This document shows positions 63,663-64,000 of a stretch of DNA of 64,000 bases, one piece after another. The notes under the pieces are model-generated. The model did no database searches. It saw only the letters and a program-made list of their open reading frames with translations, and was not told the DNA's origin. How positions within the stretch are numbered: the stretch's first letter is position 1; the number at the start of each line of letters is the position of its first letter. Location: positions 168,649 to 232,648 of the forward strand of contig NZ_JACOPQ010000002.1 of assembly GCF_014287675.1 (NCBI RefSeq), given 5' to 3'. This DNA comes from Lawsonibacter faecis. Lineage in GTDB: Bacteria > Bacillota > Clostridia > Oscillospirales > Oscillospiraceae. The translations under genes were made by a program, and so were the position numbers.

Positions 63663-64000
63663 ATGGAACTGACCCGCGCGCAGGCGCTGGACCTGCTGAA
63701 AGAGTACAACAAGGAACCCTTCCACCGCCGCCACGCCCTCACCGTGGAGGCCGTCATGCGCTGGTACGCCAATGAGCTGGGTTACGGCGGCGAGGCCGAC
63801 TTCTGGGCCGCGGTGGGTCTGCTCCACGACCTGGACTTCGAGCTGTGGCCCGACGAGCACTGCGTCAAGGTGCGGGAGCTGATGGAGGCGCAGGGCCTGG
63901 ACGAGGCCCTCATCCGCGCCGTGGTGAGCCACGGCTGGGGTATGACCGGCGCGGACGTGAAGCCGGAGCACGAGATGGAGAAGGTCCTCTTCGCCGCCGA
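63663..64000 (+). CDS. HD-domain phosphohydrolase, N-terminal part; runs off the window end
   Basis: HRRHALTVEAV...LLHDLD is an HD motif; RBS ggagcg. Confidence 0.6.
   Translation, partial: MELTRAQALDLLKEYNKEPFHRRHALTVEAVMRWYANELGYGGEADFWAAVGLLHDLDFELWPDEHCVKVRELMEAQGLDEALIRAVVSHGWGMTGADVKPEHEMEKVLFAA

Overview
This 64 kb window is high-GC (about 65%) Firmicutes/Clostridia-type chromosomal DNA; there is an S-layer-homology anchor domain and HPr kinase, and it looks Oscillospiraceae-like. Roughly 55 protein genes, one tRNA, one riboswitch and a dispersed intergenic repeat family are recognisable.

Housekeeping blocks read off directly from the ORF track:
- The pyrH-frr-uppS-cdsA tail of the conserved translation/cell-envelope cluster sits at 1-2.8 kb on the minus strand.
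- A 1,881-aa GH31-like glycoside hydrolase, surface-anchored by three C-terminal SLH domains, follows.
- Then come a DegV protein, a divergent OmpR/HisKA two-component system, and a BNR plus solute-binding-like lipoprotein.
- A folC-folT operon sits behind a THF riboswitch.
- glmS has a short leader and no glmS ribozyme; hprK and rpmB follow.
- A split YeeE/YedE transporter pair, a Cu/Zn-SOD-like protein, a DMT exporter, an AraC regulator and a GNAT enzyme come next.
- The rest is ppx-ppk1, TraX, an NfeD-flotillin pair, a MerR-like DUF1836 protein, an FMN-binding flavoprotein reductase lipoprotein, a patatin lipase, MarR-TauE, a GIY-YIG protein and Dus.
- A complete Leloir operon, galR-galK-galE-galT-galM, has AT-rich palindromic operators.

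The unusual parts:
1. A tightly coupled five-gene operon at 47.5-53.6 kb encodes two tandem-GNAT (FemAB-like) acyl/aminoacyl transferases followed by three cobalamin-binding class-B radical SAM enzymes. It has its own promoter, strong terminators on both sides, and a possible small Cys-containing ORF in its AT-rich leader. I could not assign it to any described pathway.
2. A low-GC islet of about 3.6 kb sits next to tRNA-Ser(GGA). It carries a 872-aa SIR2_2 + P-loop NTPase + helical-repeat protein (an Avs5-like antiphage defence candidate) and the eroded remnant of a large serine recombinase.
3. A three-member family of small proteins shares a conserved 65-aa N-domain, carries Pro-rich or Cys-rich tails, and has near-identical 5' regions. 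Two copies lie beside the SodC-like gene and one near a VanRS/VanY-like module; they may be spore-coat-like.
4. A roughly 150-nt two-hairpin intergenic repeat (MITE/REP-like) is present in at least five copies.
5. tspO is frameshifted.

Coordinates were derived by hand from the ORF table and may be off by a nucleotide or so at regulatory sites.
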